Of a stretch of 19,638 nucleotides of DNA, positions 7,383 to 16,362 are shown piece by piece; within the stretch, counting starts at the first letter, position 1, and each line of letters begins with the position of its first letter. Source of the stretch: a virus. The stretch is taken from the UHGV virus genome UHGV-0058544. One strand, given 5' to 3'. Below the pieces are notes generated by a model. That model did no database searches. It was not told the origin of the DNA and worked only from the letters and a program-made list of their open reading frames with translations. The translations under genes and the position numbers were made by a program.

Positions 7383-8801
7383 ATGCCTATTCAGCAACTT
7401 CCGCTTATGAAAGGTGTCGGCAAAGACTTTAGAAACGCCGACTATATCGACTATCTGCCAGTGAATATGTTGGCTACACCCAAAGAAATCCTGAACAGCA
7501 GCGGATATCTTCGCTCATTCCCGGGCATTGCCAAACGCTCTGATGTAAACGGCGTATCGCGCGGAGTTGAGTACAACATGGCGCAGAGTGCTGTTTATCG
7601 CGTGTGTGGCGGCAAGCTGTACAAAGGAGAAAGTGAAGTCGGTGATGTTGCCGGAAGTGGTCGCGTATCAATGGCGCATGGTAGAACATCACAGGCGGTA
7701 GGCGTTAATGGTCAACTGGTCGAATACCGCTATGATGGCACGGTTAAAACCGTCTCAAACTGGCCTACAGACAGCGGATTCACGCAGTATGAGTTAGGTT
7801 CAGTCCGCGACATTACACGCTTACGTGGGCGTTATGCGTGGTCAAAAGACGGTACTGATTCATGGTTTATCACTGACCCTGAAGACGAATCGCATCCTGA
7901 CCGTTACAGCGCACAATATCGCGCAGAATCGCAGCCGGACGGCATCATCGGTATCGGCACATGGCGAGACTTCATCGTCTGCTTTGGTTCATCAACGATT
8001 GAATATTTCTCCCTGACTGGTGCAACCACCGTTGGTGCGGCTTTGTATGTCGCACAGCCATCGCTGATGGTGCAGAAAGGTATTGCCGGAACTTACTGCA
8101 AAACGCCGTTTGCTGATTCCTATGCGTTCATCAGCAATCCGGCAACAGGTGCGCCGTCTGTGTATATCATCGGCTCCGGTCAGGTGTCACCAATCGCCAG
8201 CGCGAGCATTGAGAAAATCCTCCGCTCCTACACTGCTGATGAACTGGCTGATGGTGTGATGGAATCGCTGCGGTTTGATGCTCATGAGTTGCTGATTATT
8301 CACCTGCCGCGCCATGTTCTTGTTTACGACGCATCTTCAAGCGCCAATGGTCCACAATGGTGTGTGCTGAAAACGGGCCTGTATGACGATGTGTACCGCG
8401 CTATCGACTTCATTTACGAAGGCAATCAGATAACGTGCGGCGATAAGCTGGAGTCCGTGACCGGGAAATTGCAGTTCGATATCAGCAGTCAGTACGACAA
8501 GCAACAGGAACATATTTTATATTCTCCTTTAATAAAGGCAGATAACGTTTTAATAAATGACCTTGAATTAGAAACATCTGGCGGCGTGTGTGATAGAATA
8601 GATAGAATATTTATATCAGCAACTACAGATGGAATTAATTACGGTCGTGAGCAAATGGTCGTATTACAAAAACCATTTGTATATGACAATCGCGTTTTAT
8701 GGCGAAAAGTTGGTCGAGTTAGACGCCTCATTGGATTTAAATTCAGAGTTATTGCAAAAGGTCCTGTTACATTATCAGGCCTTTCTATTCGTGTAACATA
8801 A
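7383..8801 (+). CDS. Tail accessory factor, P22 gp10 homolog (472 aa)
   Basis: Same length as P22 gp10 (472 aa, from memory) and same position between gp4 and gp26; AGGTGA Shine-Dalgarno; the 3' ~290 nt are markedly AT-rich. Confidence 0.8.
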   Translation: MPIQQLPLMKGVGKDFRNADYIDYLPVNMLATPKEILNSSGYLRSFPGIAKRSDVNGVSRGVEYNMAQSAVYRVCGGKLYKGESEVGDVAGSGRVSMAHGRTSQAVGVNGQLVEYRYDGTVKTVSNWPTDSGFTQYELGSVRDITRLRGRYAWSKDGTDSWFITDPEDESHPDRYSAQYRAESQPDGIIGIGTWRDFIVCFGSSTIEYFSLTGATTVGAALYVAQPSLMVQKGIAGTYCKTPFADSYAFISNPATGAPSVYIIGSGQVSPIASASIEKILRSYTADELADGVMESLRFDAHELLIIHLPRHVLVYDASSSANGPQWCVLKTGLYDDVYRAIDFIYEGNQITCGDKLESVTGKLQFDISSQYDKQQEHILYSPLIKADNVLINDLELETSGGVCDRIDRIFISATTDGINYGREQMVVLQKPFVYDNRVLWRKVGRVRRLIGFKFRVIAKGPVTLSGLSIRVT

Positions 8802-8822
8802 ATCGAAACTAAAGGAGTAGAT

Positions 8823-9368
8823 ATGTTGAGTGAAAACGCAAAAGATATTCCTGGATATGAAGGTTTATATGCCGTAACAGAGGATGGGCGAGTATATTCT
8901 CACTCACGTGTTGTTAAGGCTGCGCATGGCAGCACGCAACTCAGAAAGGGTCGGTGGCTAAAACAACACGAGAATAATAAAGGTTATCTATATTTGCCAC
9001 TTAGTGTTGATGGAGTTAAAGTAAAATGGCTTGTGCATAGGCTTGTCGCTCTTGCTTTCGTCCCCAATCCAGAAGGCAAGCCGTTCATAAATCACATAGA
9101 TAACAACCGAAAAAATAATAATGCTTCTAATTTAGAGTGGTGTACTCAAAAGGAGAATATGAAGCATTGCTCATCTCAAGGCAGGGTGAAGTTTCCGGCT
9201 TTAAAAGGAGAAAATAATCCAATTTCAAAGCTCTCATATGAGCAAGTAATAGAAATAAAGAAATCAAAGGGAGTTAATCAAAGAGAGCTTGCTAAAAAAT
9301 ACTGTGTCAGTCAGACGGTGATTCACAATATCCAGTCTGGTAAATCGTGGAGGCATGTTAATGGCTGA
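8823..9368 (+). CDS. HNH homing endonuclease with NUMOD4-like N-terminus and C-terminal helix-turn-helix (181 aa)
   Basis: N-terminal [18 protein letters not shown] (NUMOD4-like), HNH motif [23 protein letters not shown]-terminal HTH-like segment; AAAGGAG Shine-Dalgarno; AT-rich; intercalated between two conserved tail genes. Confidence 0.85.
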   Translation: MLSENAKDIPGYEGLYAVTEDGRVYSHSRVVKAAHGSTQLRKGRWLKQHENNKGYLYLPLSVDGVKVKWLVHRLVALAFVPNPEGKPFINHIDNNRKNNNASNLEWCTQKENMKHCSSQGRVKFPALKGENNPISKLSYEQVIEIKKSKGVNQRELAKKYCVSQTVIHNIQSGKSWRHVNG

Positions 9369-10062
9369 TTCGAATCTCAATGAGCCGGTAATCATCCAGG
9401 CTACGCGGCTCGACACATCAGTCCTTCCGCGCAATATATTCAGCCAGTCTTACCTGCTGTATGTCATTAATCAGGGGGCTGATGTCGGCGCAATTGCTGG
9501 AAAGGCAAATCAGGCTGGTCAGGGCGCTTATGATGCCCAAGTAAAAAACGATGAACAGGATGTCGAACTGGCTGACCACGATGCAAGAATCACCGCAAAC
9601 ACAAAAGCGATAAATCTCCTTGAGGTCAGGTTAACAACCGCCGAAGGGAAGATAGTCGTACTGCGTAGCGATGTTGATTACTTGCTGGATGAGGTTATCG
9701 ATATTCAGGCGCATCTGGTCACTGTTGACCAAAGACTGGATGACGTAGAAAACGATGTCTCTGGCATTAAGAGTGATTACGTATCGAAAACCGTAACAGA
9801 ATCGCAGTCTCTTGCGTCACCGCTGGATGTAAAAACATCATATTCAGTTGATGGAATTCAGGTCGTTGCAGCAAGGCAGACCGGATGGACGGCGGCCACA
9901 GGCACACCACTTCTTGGCTCATTCAACGCTAACCAGTCATACACTGTCGGCACTACGTACACGCAATCCGAAGTCGCAGCTCTCGCTACAGGTTTGCAGC
10001 AGGCGCGGCAGCGTATTCTGGCGCTTGAAACAGCACTTAGATTACATGGGCTGATTGACTGA
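9361..10062 (+). CDS. Tail needle (cell-envelope-penetrating plug), P22 gp26 homolog (233 aa)
   Basis: N-terminus [73 protein letters not shown] closely matches P22 gp26; GGAGG 7 nt upstream of the ATG at 9361; trimeric coiled-coil middle. Confidence 0.9.
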   Translation: MADSNLNEPVIIQATRLDTSVLPRNIFSQSYLLYVINQGADVGAIAGKANQAGQGAYDAQVKNDEQDVELADHDARITANTKAINLLEVRLTTAEGKIVVLRSDVDYLLDEVIDIQAHLVTVDQRLDDVENDVSGIKSDYVSKTVTESQSLASPLDVKTSYSVDGIQVVAARQTGWTAATGTPLLGSFNANQSYTVGTTYTQSEVAALATGLQQARQRILALETALRLHGLID

Positions 10063-10517
10063 TGATTACATTCAAACCAACGCGAAACATCGACCTGATA
10101 GAAGCAGTAGGAAATCACCCTGACATTATTGCCGGAAGCAACAACGGTGATGGATATGACTACAAGCCTGAATGCCGTTACTTTGAGGTGAACGTGCACG
10201 GTCAGTTTGGCGGCATTGTTTACTATCAGGAGATTCAGCCGCTGACATTCGATTGCCACGCTATGTACCTGCCAGAGATTCGCGGCTTCAGCAAGGAAAT
10301 CGGGCTGGCGTTCTGGCGATACATTCTGACTAACACCACCGTTCAGTGCGTCACATCGTTCGCTGCACGCAAATTCCGCCACGGGCAGATGTACTGCGCA
10401 ATGATTGGCCTTAAGCGTGTAGGAACCATCAAGAAATACTTCAAAGGCGTGGATGACGTGACGTTTTACAGCGCCACACGCGAAGAACTAATCGACTTCC
10501 TGAATCACGGGAGATAG
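10062..10517 (+). CDS. P22 gp14-like protein (151 aa)
   Basis: ATG overlaps the gp26 stop (ATGA); position between gp26 and gp7 as in P22; assignment is mainly by synteny. Confidence 0.65.
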   Translation: MITFKPTRNIDLIEAVGNHPDIIAGSNNGDGYDYKPECRYFEVNVHGQFGGIVYYQEIQPLTFDCHAMYLPEIRGFSKEIGLAFWRYILTNTTVQCVTSFAARKFRHGQMYCAMIGLKRVGTIKKYFKGVDDVTFYSATREELIDFLNHGR

Positions 10518-10519
10518 CC

Positions 10520-11212
10520 ATGTTATATGCATTTAAGCTGGGCAGAAAACTGCGCGGCGAGGAACCTTATCGCCCTGAAAAAGGCGGGAAAGGTGGCAGC
10601 TCTGATAAAAGCGCAAAGTATGCAGCAGAAGCTCAGAAGTATGCCGCAGACCTGCAAAATCAGCAGTTCAACACCATCATGAACAACCTGAAACCGTTTA
10701 CTCCTCTGGCTGAGAAGTATGTCGGCAGCCTCGAGAACTTATCGTCTCTGGAAGGGCAAGGTCAGGCACTTAACCAGTATTACAACTCTCAGCAGTACAA
10801 AGATCTTGCTGGTCAGGCTCGCTATCAGAGTCTGGCGGCAGCGGAAGCAACAGGTGGATTGGGTTCCACTGCAACCGGTAATCAGTTAGCAACAATCGCA
10901 CCAACGCTTGGTCAGCAGTGGCTGTCTGGTCAGATGAACAACTACCAGAATCTGGCAAATATTGGTCTTGGCGCACTGCAAGGTCAGGCAAACGCCGGGC
11001 AGACATATGCCAACAACATGAGTCAGATTTCGCAGCAAAGTGCGGCTCTTGCAGCGGCAAATGCCAACAGACCATCAGCAATGCAATCTGCTATTAGCGG
11101 AGGTGCGTCTGGTGCTATTGCTGGGGCCGGACTTGCGAAATTAATTGGTTCATCAACTCCGTGGGGGGCTGCGATCGGCGGCGGTCTTGGTCTGCTTGGC
11201 TCGTTGTTTTAA
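10520..11212 (+). CDS. Ejection (injection) protein, P22 gp7 homolog (230 aa)
   Basis: Length and position match P22 gp7 (about 229 aa); Gln/Ala-rich low-complexity sequence and Gly-rich hydrophobic C-terminus; GGGAGA Shine-Dalgarno. Confidence 0.8.
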   Translation: MLYAFKLGRKLRGEEPYRPEKGGKGGSSDKSAKYAAEAQKYAADLQNQQFNTIMNNLKPFTPLAEKYVGSLENLSSLEGQGQALNQYYNSQQYKDLAGQARYQSLAAAEATGGLGSTATGNQLATIAPTLGQQWLSGQMNNYQNLANIGLGALQGQANAGQTYANNMSQISQQSAALAAANANRPSAMQSAISGGASGAIAGAGLAKLIGSSTPWGAAIGGGLGLLGSLF

Positions 11213-11222
11213 GGGGTAATCA

Positions 11223-12572
11223 ATGGCTACGTGGCAACAGGGTATTAATTCTGGTGGTTTTCTGGCTGGCATCGGTACGCAAAATGAGAATGCGCCAAAG
11301 GCAAGCGACATTAACGCAACGCTTGGTCTGATCCGCGAAAACAATGAACTGGCTCGCTCAGGTGTAAATAACGTTGGCCTGACCGCGTTACGTGGTCTGG
11401 CTGGAGTTGCTGATATTTACAATCAGGAACAGCAACAGAAAGCTATTAGTGCGTTCAATAAGGTTCACGCTGATGCATGGGCTTCTGGTGATCCATCGGG
11501 ACTATTTAAGTTTGCCCAGGAAAATCCAGCGTTTGTTGCACAGGCACAACAGGCGTTTTCCGGTCTTAATGAGCAGCAACGCAACGATATGGGCGATTTA
11601 GCCATGAGAGCTAACGTCGCTCTTTCTCAGGGACCGGAAGCCTACAGTAAATTCATTACTGACAACAAGGACAGGTTAAATCGCGTTGGTGCTAATGCTG
11701 ACTGGATGATTCAGACAGGTATCCAGAATCCAGAGCAGCTATCACACATGCTGACTACTATGTCTCTCGGTGCACTTGGGCCAGAAAAGGCGTTTGCTGT
11801 TCAGGATAAGATGGTTGGTCGCCAGCAGGAGCAGCAAAGAATTAACGAAACCATTCGCAATAATGACATGACGAATGCGAGGGCTATTAGGGGGCAGGAT
11901 CTTTCCTATAAGGCTCAAATGGCAAGACTGAATCACGACAAGTATGTGTTTAAGCAGTCACAGGCGGCCCTTGAAAGAGCAGGACAACTTCAGGATATGG
12001 ATGTTTTGTCTCTTAACTCACAGATAGCAGCGACGGGAATTGATCCTCTAACCGGTAAAGCTGCAACGTCAGCCAGAATGTCTCAGGCTAAGAGATGGCT
12101 TGATGGCAACAATAATTACAACAATGCGTTGATTACTGGTGAGCGAGGGATAGAGAAAATTGATTCTTTGCTTGGTAAGAAGGAGCTTGAAGGTATCGGT
12201 CGCTTCGAAGGAAGAAATATAGATGGCTTCACAAGTGCTGAAGGGCTTGCAAACCGTAATGCGATAGAAGAATTAAAGTCGGGTGCGTTTGTCCAGAACG
12301 TGCAGACTATGCGAGGTATGGGTAGCCTCTCCAATGCTGAAGGCCAAAAACTGGAAAACCTGATCGCGAAACTCGATATAACACAGCCTGAAGAGGTCGT
12401 CAGAAAACAGTTATCTGAAATCCGATCGCAATATTCTGTATTTCAAAAGGTTGCAGCAAGGGAGGCTGAATCAATGGGATATAGTTCATCAGGTTATGAC
12501 ACATATGTTAGTGAGCGAAAATCAGGAAGCGACAGCAATAAGTCCGGTTTCTCGTCTTTATGGGGTGATTAA
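11223..12572 (+). CDS. Ejection protein, P22 gp20 homolog (449 aa)
   Basis: Synteny (gp7-gp20-gp16), size class similar to P22 gp20 (about 471 aa), stop overlaps the next gene's ATG. Confidence 0.7.
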   Translation: MATWQQGINSGGFLAGIGTQNENAPKASDINATLGLIRENNELARSGVNNVGLTALRGLAGVADIYNQEQQQKAISAFNKVHADAWASGDPSGLFKFAQENPAFVAQAQQAFSGLNEQQRNDMGDLAMRANVALSQGPEAYSKFITDNKDRLNRVGANADWMIQTGIQNPEQLSHMLTTMSLGALGPEKAFAVQDKMVGRQQEQQRINETIRNNDMTNARAIRGQDLSYKAQMARLNHDKYVFKQSQAALERAGQLQDMDVLSLNSQIAATGIDPLTGKAATSARMSQAKRWLDGNNNYNNALITGERGIEKIDSLLGKKELEGIGRFEGRNIDGFTSAEGLANRNAIEELKSGAFVQNVQTMRGMGSLSNAEGQKLENLIAKLDITQPEEVVRKQLSEIRSQYSVFQKVAAREAESMGYSSSGYDTYVSERKSGSDSNKSGFSSLWGD

Positions 12573-14731
12573 TGGCTAAAGCATGGAAAGATGTTATCGC
12601 TTCTCCACAGTATCAGGCGTTAACTGAAGAACAGAAAGCACAGGCTCAAGCGCAATATTTTGATGAGGTTGTTGCCCCTAAGGCTGGTGACAAATGGGCT
12701 GAAGCAAGAGATCAGTTTTATGCAGCATACCCTCCGCATCAGCAGCAGAAAGAAGAACCATCATTGATGCAACAAGCTGGCGATTGGCTCACAGGTGGTC
12801 AAAGTGCAGGGCAAATTGCAGAACAGGCTGGTCGTGGTCTGGTAAACATACCATTTGACGTATTGCAGGGTGGCGCAAGTCTGATTAATGCAATCAGCCA
12901 GGGGCTTGGTGGCCCCAAGGTTTTGGATGATGTTTATCGCCCTGTCGATCGACCTACAGACCCTTACGCGCAAGCCGGTGAAACAATTGGTGGGTATCTC
13001 CTGCCAATTGGCACAGCGGCAAAAGCTGCTGGAGCGCCAGCAAAGCTCGCTGGAGATATCGGTTCCGCAGGAAACATGATTGCAGGTTCTCTTGCTGATG
13101 CTGCAAATCAGGATGGAGACTTTGCACAAAATGCTGCCATTAACGGTGGTATCAATATTGGTGCTCAAGGCGTTCTTTCAGGTGTCGGGCGCGTTATTGC
13201 GCCAAGGGTTTCACAGGCTCTTGGTGGTGCAGCACTGAATTCTGCTAATGATGTTTCCAGGATGGCAAAGTCAGGTGCTGGGCGTCGGTCAATTGCCAGT
13301 CAGGCCGCTAATGTGTCCGAAGATGTAGCAAAAGCGGCTGAGTCTGCTGGAATTGATATAAACGCATTAACACCAGGAATGCGATCTGGAAGTCGTGGAA
13401 TTGCACAAGCTGAAGGCGCATTGGCATCAACACCAGGAATTGTTCAGGACGCCCATCAGGCAGCATTTAACGAAATATCATCAAAGTTAAGTCGAAACCT
13501 TGATGAATTTGGGGCCGCATCTGGAACGGCATCAGAAAAAAGTGCGGCTATAAAACAAAGGATTCTTCAAAATCTTGATCAGATGAAGGATGCCGAGCGC
13601 GCGGCATGGGATGACGTGCGGTCAACAATGCCAAATCAAAAAGCAAGAATGCTAAATGGTAATGCCGTTATTCAGGCAGAGCGATCTGCTGGCATACCAC
13701 TTACTCCTGAAATGAAACAGTTTGTTCAGGCAAACAATCAAGGTGGAGTAACATTTGATGGCATGAAAGCATGGAGAGCGAAATTTGCTGATGCGGAGCA
13801 AAAATATAAGCGTAGCGGAGAGGCAAATGCGGCAAGGAGAGCAGGGGAAATACGCCGGGCAATTACTGATGATATGCGCACAATGGCGGAAAACGGCGGA
13901 TTTCTTGATGACTGGCAGAAAGCTAATGATCTGTCTAAAGCGAGGTTATCAGCACAAGAGAGTGCAGAGTCTGTTTTCGGGCGTGATTTGGCAACAGATG
14001 CACTGATTACGAATGGAGTAAAATCCCTTCAATCATCGTCAGCTAAAGGTCTTAATGGTCCTGCTGGGTTCCATTCTATGATCCGCGCGCTGCCAGAATC
14101 AGAGCGTGTTCCTGCTATATCATCAATGTTGCAGGATGCTATCTCGCATGGTGTACGTGGTGGCAAAGCTGATGCAGCAGGAATTAACCATATCGCAGGG
14201 ATACTTACCCCACAAAATGTAAAAGCCATTAGCAGATATTCCTCAGATCTCGGAAGAATTGCTGATGCATATGGCACTCTTGCAAGAGCGGCAGTGAAAC
14301 CTCAGCAGTATATTGAAAGAACAGGGAGAACTGCCAATGTACTACGCGATCTGGATGCTGGTTTATCCAACGTCACATCAACAGTGTTAAATGCAATTGC
14401 CAACTCAACATCAGGTGCCATTGTTGGTGGCGCTGGAGGGGGTATTGCAGGCGCTGCCGCGGGTGCTTTAGTTGGCGCCGGGTTAAAAGGTGCTGTATCT
14501 AAAATTGCCACCACGCGTAGCGGTCGATATGCGATAGAGAAAGCAGTTCAGGAAGCCACGAAAGCAGTAAGAGCTGGCGGAAGTAAAGAAGCATTAGCGG
14601 CGGCGGAACGCAGATTTATGGCAAATAAAGCCGCCGTAAAAGCAATACGTGATGCAGTTGGAAACGAAGAGTTCAATCGCTTAGCGAGGGCTGGCATTGT
14701 AGCGTCGCTAAGCGGAATAGCACAGGAGTAA
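12572..14731 (+). CDS. Ejection protein, P22 gp16 homolog (719 aa)
   Basis: Last gene of the ejection-protein trio by synteny; Ala/Gly-rich with a Gly-rich hydrophobic stretch near the C-terminus; longer than P22 gp16 (about 609 aa). Confidence 0.7.
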   Translation: MAKAWKDVIASPQYQALTEEQKAQAQAQYFDEVVAPKAGDKWAEARDQFYAAYPPHQQQKEEPSLMQQAGDWLTGGQSAGQIAEQAGRGLVNIPFDVLQGGASLINAISQGLGGPKVLDDVYRPVDRPTDPYAQAGETIGGYLLPIGTAAKAAGAPAKLAGDIGSAGNMIAGSLADAANQDGDFAQNAAINGGINIGAQGVLSGVGRVIAPRVSQALGGAALNSANDVSRMAKSGAGRRSIASQAANVSEDVAKAAESAGIDINALTPGMRSGSRGIAQAEGALASTPGIVQDAHQAAFNEISSKLSRNLDEFGAASGTASEKSAAIKQRILQNLDQMKDAERAAWDDVRSTMPNQKARMLNGNAVIQAERSAGIPLTPEMKQFVQANNQGGVTFDGMKAWRAKFADAEQKYKRSGEANAARRAGEIRRAITDDMRTMAENGGFLDDWQKANDLSKARLSAQESAESVFGRDLATDALITNGVKSLQSSSAKGLNGPAGFHSMIRALPESERVPAISSMLQDAISHGVRGGKADAAGINHIAGILTPQNVKAISRYSSDLGRIADAYGTLARAAVKPQQYIERTGRTANVLRDLDAGLSNVTSTVLNAIANSTSGAIVGGAGGGIAGAAAGALVGAGLKGAVSKIATTRSGRYAIEKAVQEATKAVRAGGSKEALAAAERRFMANKAAVKAIRDAVGNEEFNRLARAGIVASLSGIAQE

Positions 14732-15055
14732 TTAATCATCCATGGATGGATTGAGCTTATCTCGTGTTGATGTGGCGATTTGTCCTACATTCCTAAGCCA
14801 AGATTTCAAATCCTTGATATTGTCATTGATTTCATGAATATCTTCTTTTTTTAGTCTGTTAATATTATTCTCAATAATTTCAATGGATTGCTCAATATCA
14901 GATATAGTGAATGATAGTTTGTTCTTCTCATCTTTTATTGAGCTTTTAAGTGCTTCGTTCTCAGTCTTGAGGTCAGATATCTTTTGTTTTAAAGATGCCA
15001 GTTGGTACTGAACCACAATGAGTGCGATAGCTATCACGATAACTGTTGTATACAC
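14732..15055 (-). CDS. Small membrane-anchored coiled-coil protein (107 aa, GTG start), accessory moron
   Basis: GTG at 15055 preceded by AAGGAG at 7 nt; N-terminal transmembrane helix (TTVIVIAIALIVV) followed by a Lys/Glu-rich coiled coil; very AT-rich DNA; stop codon abuts the gp16 stop convergently. Confidence 0.65.
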   Translation of the reverse strand: MYTTVIVIAIALIVVQYQLASLKQKISDLKTENEALKSSIKDEKNKLSFTISDIEQSIEIIENNINRLKKEDIHEINDNIKDLKSWLRNVGQIATSTRDKLNPSMDD

Positions 15056-15076
15056 ACAAATCTCCTTAGTTAGTAG

Positions 15077-15412
15077 CTATTTGGTAACCAAGGCAATAAA
15101 CAGCGGAGCAAGGATTGCAGATATCATGAGGGCGATAAGCCACTTCTGATTCTCGTCCATCTTATCTGCTAGGCGACGCTCCATTCCGTGCATGTCGCCA
15201 CGGATGCCAATCAACTCTTTTCTAGTTTCTGATATTAGCTTTTCTTGGTTGGCGGCAATCGTTTCAATGCGGGTCATTCTACTGTTCATATCTGATCCTC
15301 CTCCATTGCCACCTCCATGTGCTGGCTCTTCTGAGTCTTCAATTCCGATGGGGGCAAATTCGCTATTCGGAAAAGGATTGTCAGCATCGTAAGCCAACTT
15401 CAACTTAGACAT
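15077..15412 (-). CDS. Small tail-anchored membrane protein with coiled coil (111 aa), accessory moron
   Basis: ATG at 15412 preceded by GGGAGA; Gly-rich N-terminal region, coiled-coil middle, C-terminal transmembrane helix (WLIALMISAILAPLFIALV); start overlaps the upstream gene by 8 nt. Confidence 0.65.
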   Translation of the reverse strand: MSKLKLAYDADNPFPNSEFAPIGIEDSEEPAHGGGNGGGSDMNSRMTRIETIAANQEKLISETRKELIGIRGDMHGMERRLADKMDENQKWLIALMISAILAPLFIALVTK

Positions 15413-15770
15413 TGCTGTTTTTCTCCCTTAGATACCAGCTTAACACAACACCTGTGTTGTACTGCATAATGTATCCGCAATGCTTGCAAATTACATGATA
15501 AGAGTAATTTATTGGGTTGAATGATTCATCTTCGTTTTTTATATATTCACCATAATGGGCATGCCTACCCATGATGTCTTTTCCATTATCCTGATTTACA
15601 AATTGAACTTGAGGGACAACCATTTCAGACTGCCCGCACATTGGGCATTCGTCTGGAACACCTTTAGCTCTCAAGAAAGAGTCGAGAACCTTTGTAGTTA
15701 TAGACGATAGCGCCTTGCGATATTCAGCCTCTCGCAGTTGATCGTCTGAGTATCCTGAATTGTCACTCAT
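15405..15770 (-). CDS. Small zinc-ribbon protein (121 aa), accessory moron
   Basis: ATG at 15770 overlaps the mnt stop (ATGA) with AAGGA upstream; two CxxC pairs (CPMC ... CKHC) suggest a zinc ribbon. Confidence 0.65.
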   Translation of the reverse strand: MSDNSGYSDDQLREAEYRKALSSITTKVLDSFLRAKGVPDECPMCGQSEMVVPQVQFVNQDNGKDIMGRHAHYGEYIKNEDESFNPINYSYHVICKHCGYIMQYNTGVVLSWYLREKNSNV

Positions 15771-16018
15771 TTTTCATCCTTACCATACATGGTCTTTAGC
15801 GTCTCAACATCGCGTTCAAGATCTATCAATCGTGATGCTATAGTTGCAAGGTCTAGTGCTTGAATGTGTTTATTTTTTTCGGTCCACGCTTCAAGTGCCG
15901 CGACCATCTCAGCATTTAATGAACGAGAATTAGCCTCAGCCAGTTCAATAAGACGTTCCTTTATCTCTACAGGAAGCCTCAGATTCACTTGAGGGTTTTT
16001 GTACTTACGATCAGACAT
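15767..16018 (-). CDS. mnt: Mnt-like ribbon-helix-helix repressor (83 aa)
   Basis: Same length as P22 Mnt (83 aa, from memory); N-terminal RHH segment NLRLPVEIKERLIELAEANSRSLNAEMV parallels Mnt NFRMPMEVREKLKFRAEANGRSMNSELL; divergent from arc-ant as in P22 immI. Confidence 0.8.
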   Translation of the reverse strand: MSDRKYKNPQVNLRLPVEIKERLIELAEANSRSLNAEMVAALEAWTEKNKHIQALDLATIASRLIDLERDVETLKTMYGKDEK

Positions 16019-16123
16019 CGGCGCATCCTGAATAATTTTTTACCACAGGATATGTAGGTATCTATTGACTATCAATGCGTACCTAAATACTATGTATGCG
16101 TACCACATACAACGGAGGATGCA
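16019..16123. promoter_or_regulatory. Divergent promoter/operator region between mnt and arc (Pant-like and Pmnt-like)
   Basis: Plus strand TTGACT (16065-16070), 17-nt spacer, TACTAT (16088-16093), then GGAGG and the arc ATG; inverted elements TAGGTA...TACCTA and repeated ATGCGTACC could be operator half-sites. Confidence 0.5.
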
Positions 16124-16264
16124 ATGAAGGTAAAAACACTGCGTATGCCAGAGAAGCTAGAAAAAATTCTTGAAGAAAAAGCAAAGGAAGAGTGCCGCTC
16201 ATTCAGCGCAGAAGTAATTAAACGGGTGCTGGACAGCCTGAGGAGAGAGGGGATAACGGTGTGA
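16124..16264 (+). CDS. arc: Arc-like ribbon-helix-helix repressor (46 aa)
   Basis: Hand translation MKVKTLRMPEKLEKILEEKAKEECRSFSAEVIKRVLDSLRREGITV; pattern parallels P22 Arc (…NLRWPREVLDLVRKVAEENGRSVNSEIYQRV…); GGAGG Shine-Dalgarno; too short for the ORF track. Confidence 0.7.
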   Translation: MKVKTLRMPEKLEKILEEKAKEECRSFSAEVIKRVLDSLRREGITV

Positions 16265-16295
16265 TTCGCTTGGATGCGGCAAAGAAATCAAAACA

Positions 16296-16332
16296 GTGAA
16301 GCCCCAACTGCGGGAACAGTCAGGGCTTCGGT
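16296..16332 (-). terminator. Hairpin in the arc-ant intergenic spacer that would act as a terminator for a leftward, sar-like antisense transcript
   Basis: Minus strand reads GAAGCCC(loop)GGGGCTTC followed by ACTGTTTTGATTTCTTT; on the plus strand there is no U-tract after the hairpin. Confidence 0.3.
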
Positions 16333-16362
16333 ATCGTAAAACCACGCATAGGAATTAACGAC

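Noticed and set aside
7474..8016. ORFs 7474..7692 (-) and 7825..8016 (+) inside gp10
   Set aside because: Nested within the gp10 homolog in other frames; no ribosome-binding site.
9355..10062. Upstream ATG at 9355 as the gp26 start
   Set aside because: GGAGG lies only 1 nt from that ATG but 7 nt from the ATG at 9361, and MADSNLN... matches the P22 gp26 N-terminus (MADPSLN...).
9848..10382. 174-aa minus-strand ORF and the 9848..10054 plus ORF spanning gp26/gp14
   Set aside because: Antisense or alternative-frame to the strongly supported tail needle and gp14 genes; Cys/Val-rich, non-protein-like.
10770..14739. Antisense ORFs within the ejection-protein genes (10770..11081, 11153..11344, 11742..11936, 12116..12334, 12761..13168, 14029..14277, 14302..14514, 14548..14739) and internal plus ORFs (11392..11601, 12888..13079, 13785..14006)
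   Set aside because: The Ala/Gly-rich, GC-skewed coding sequence of gp7/gp20/gp16 generates long open antisense frames; none has independent support.
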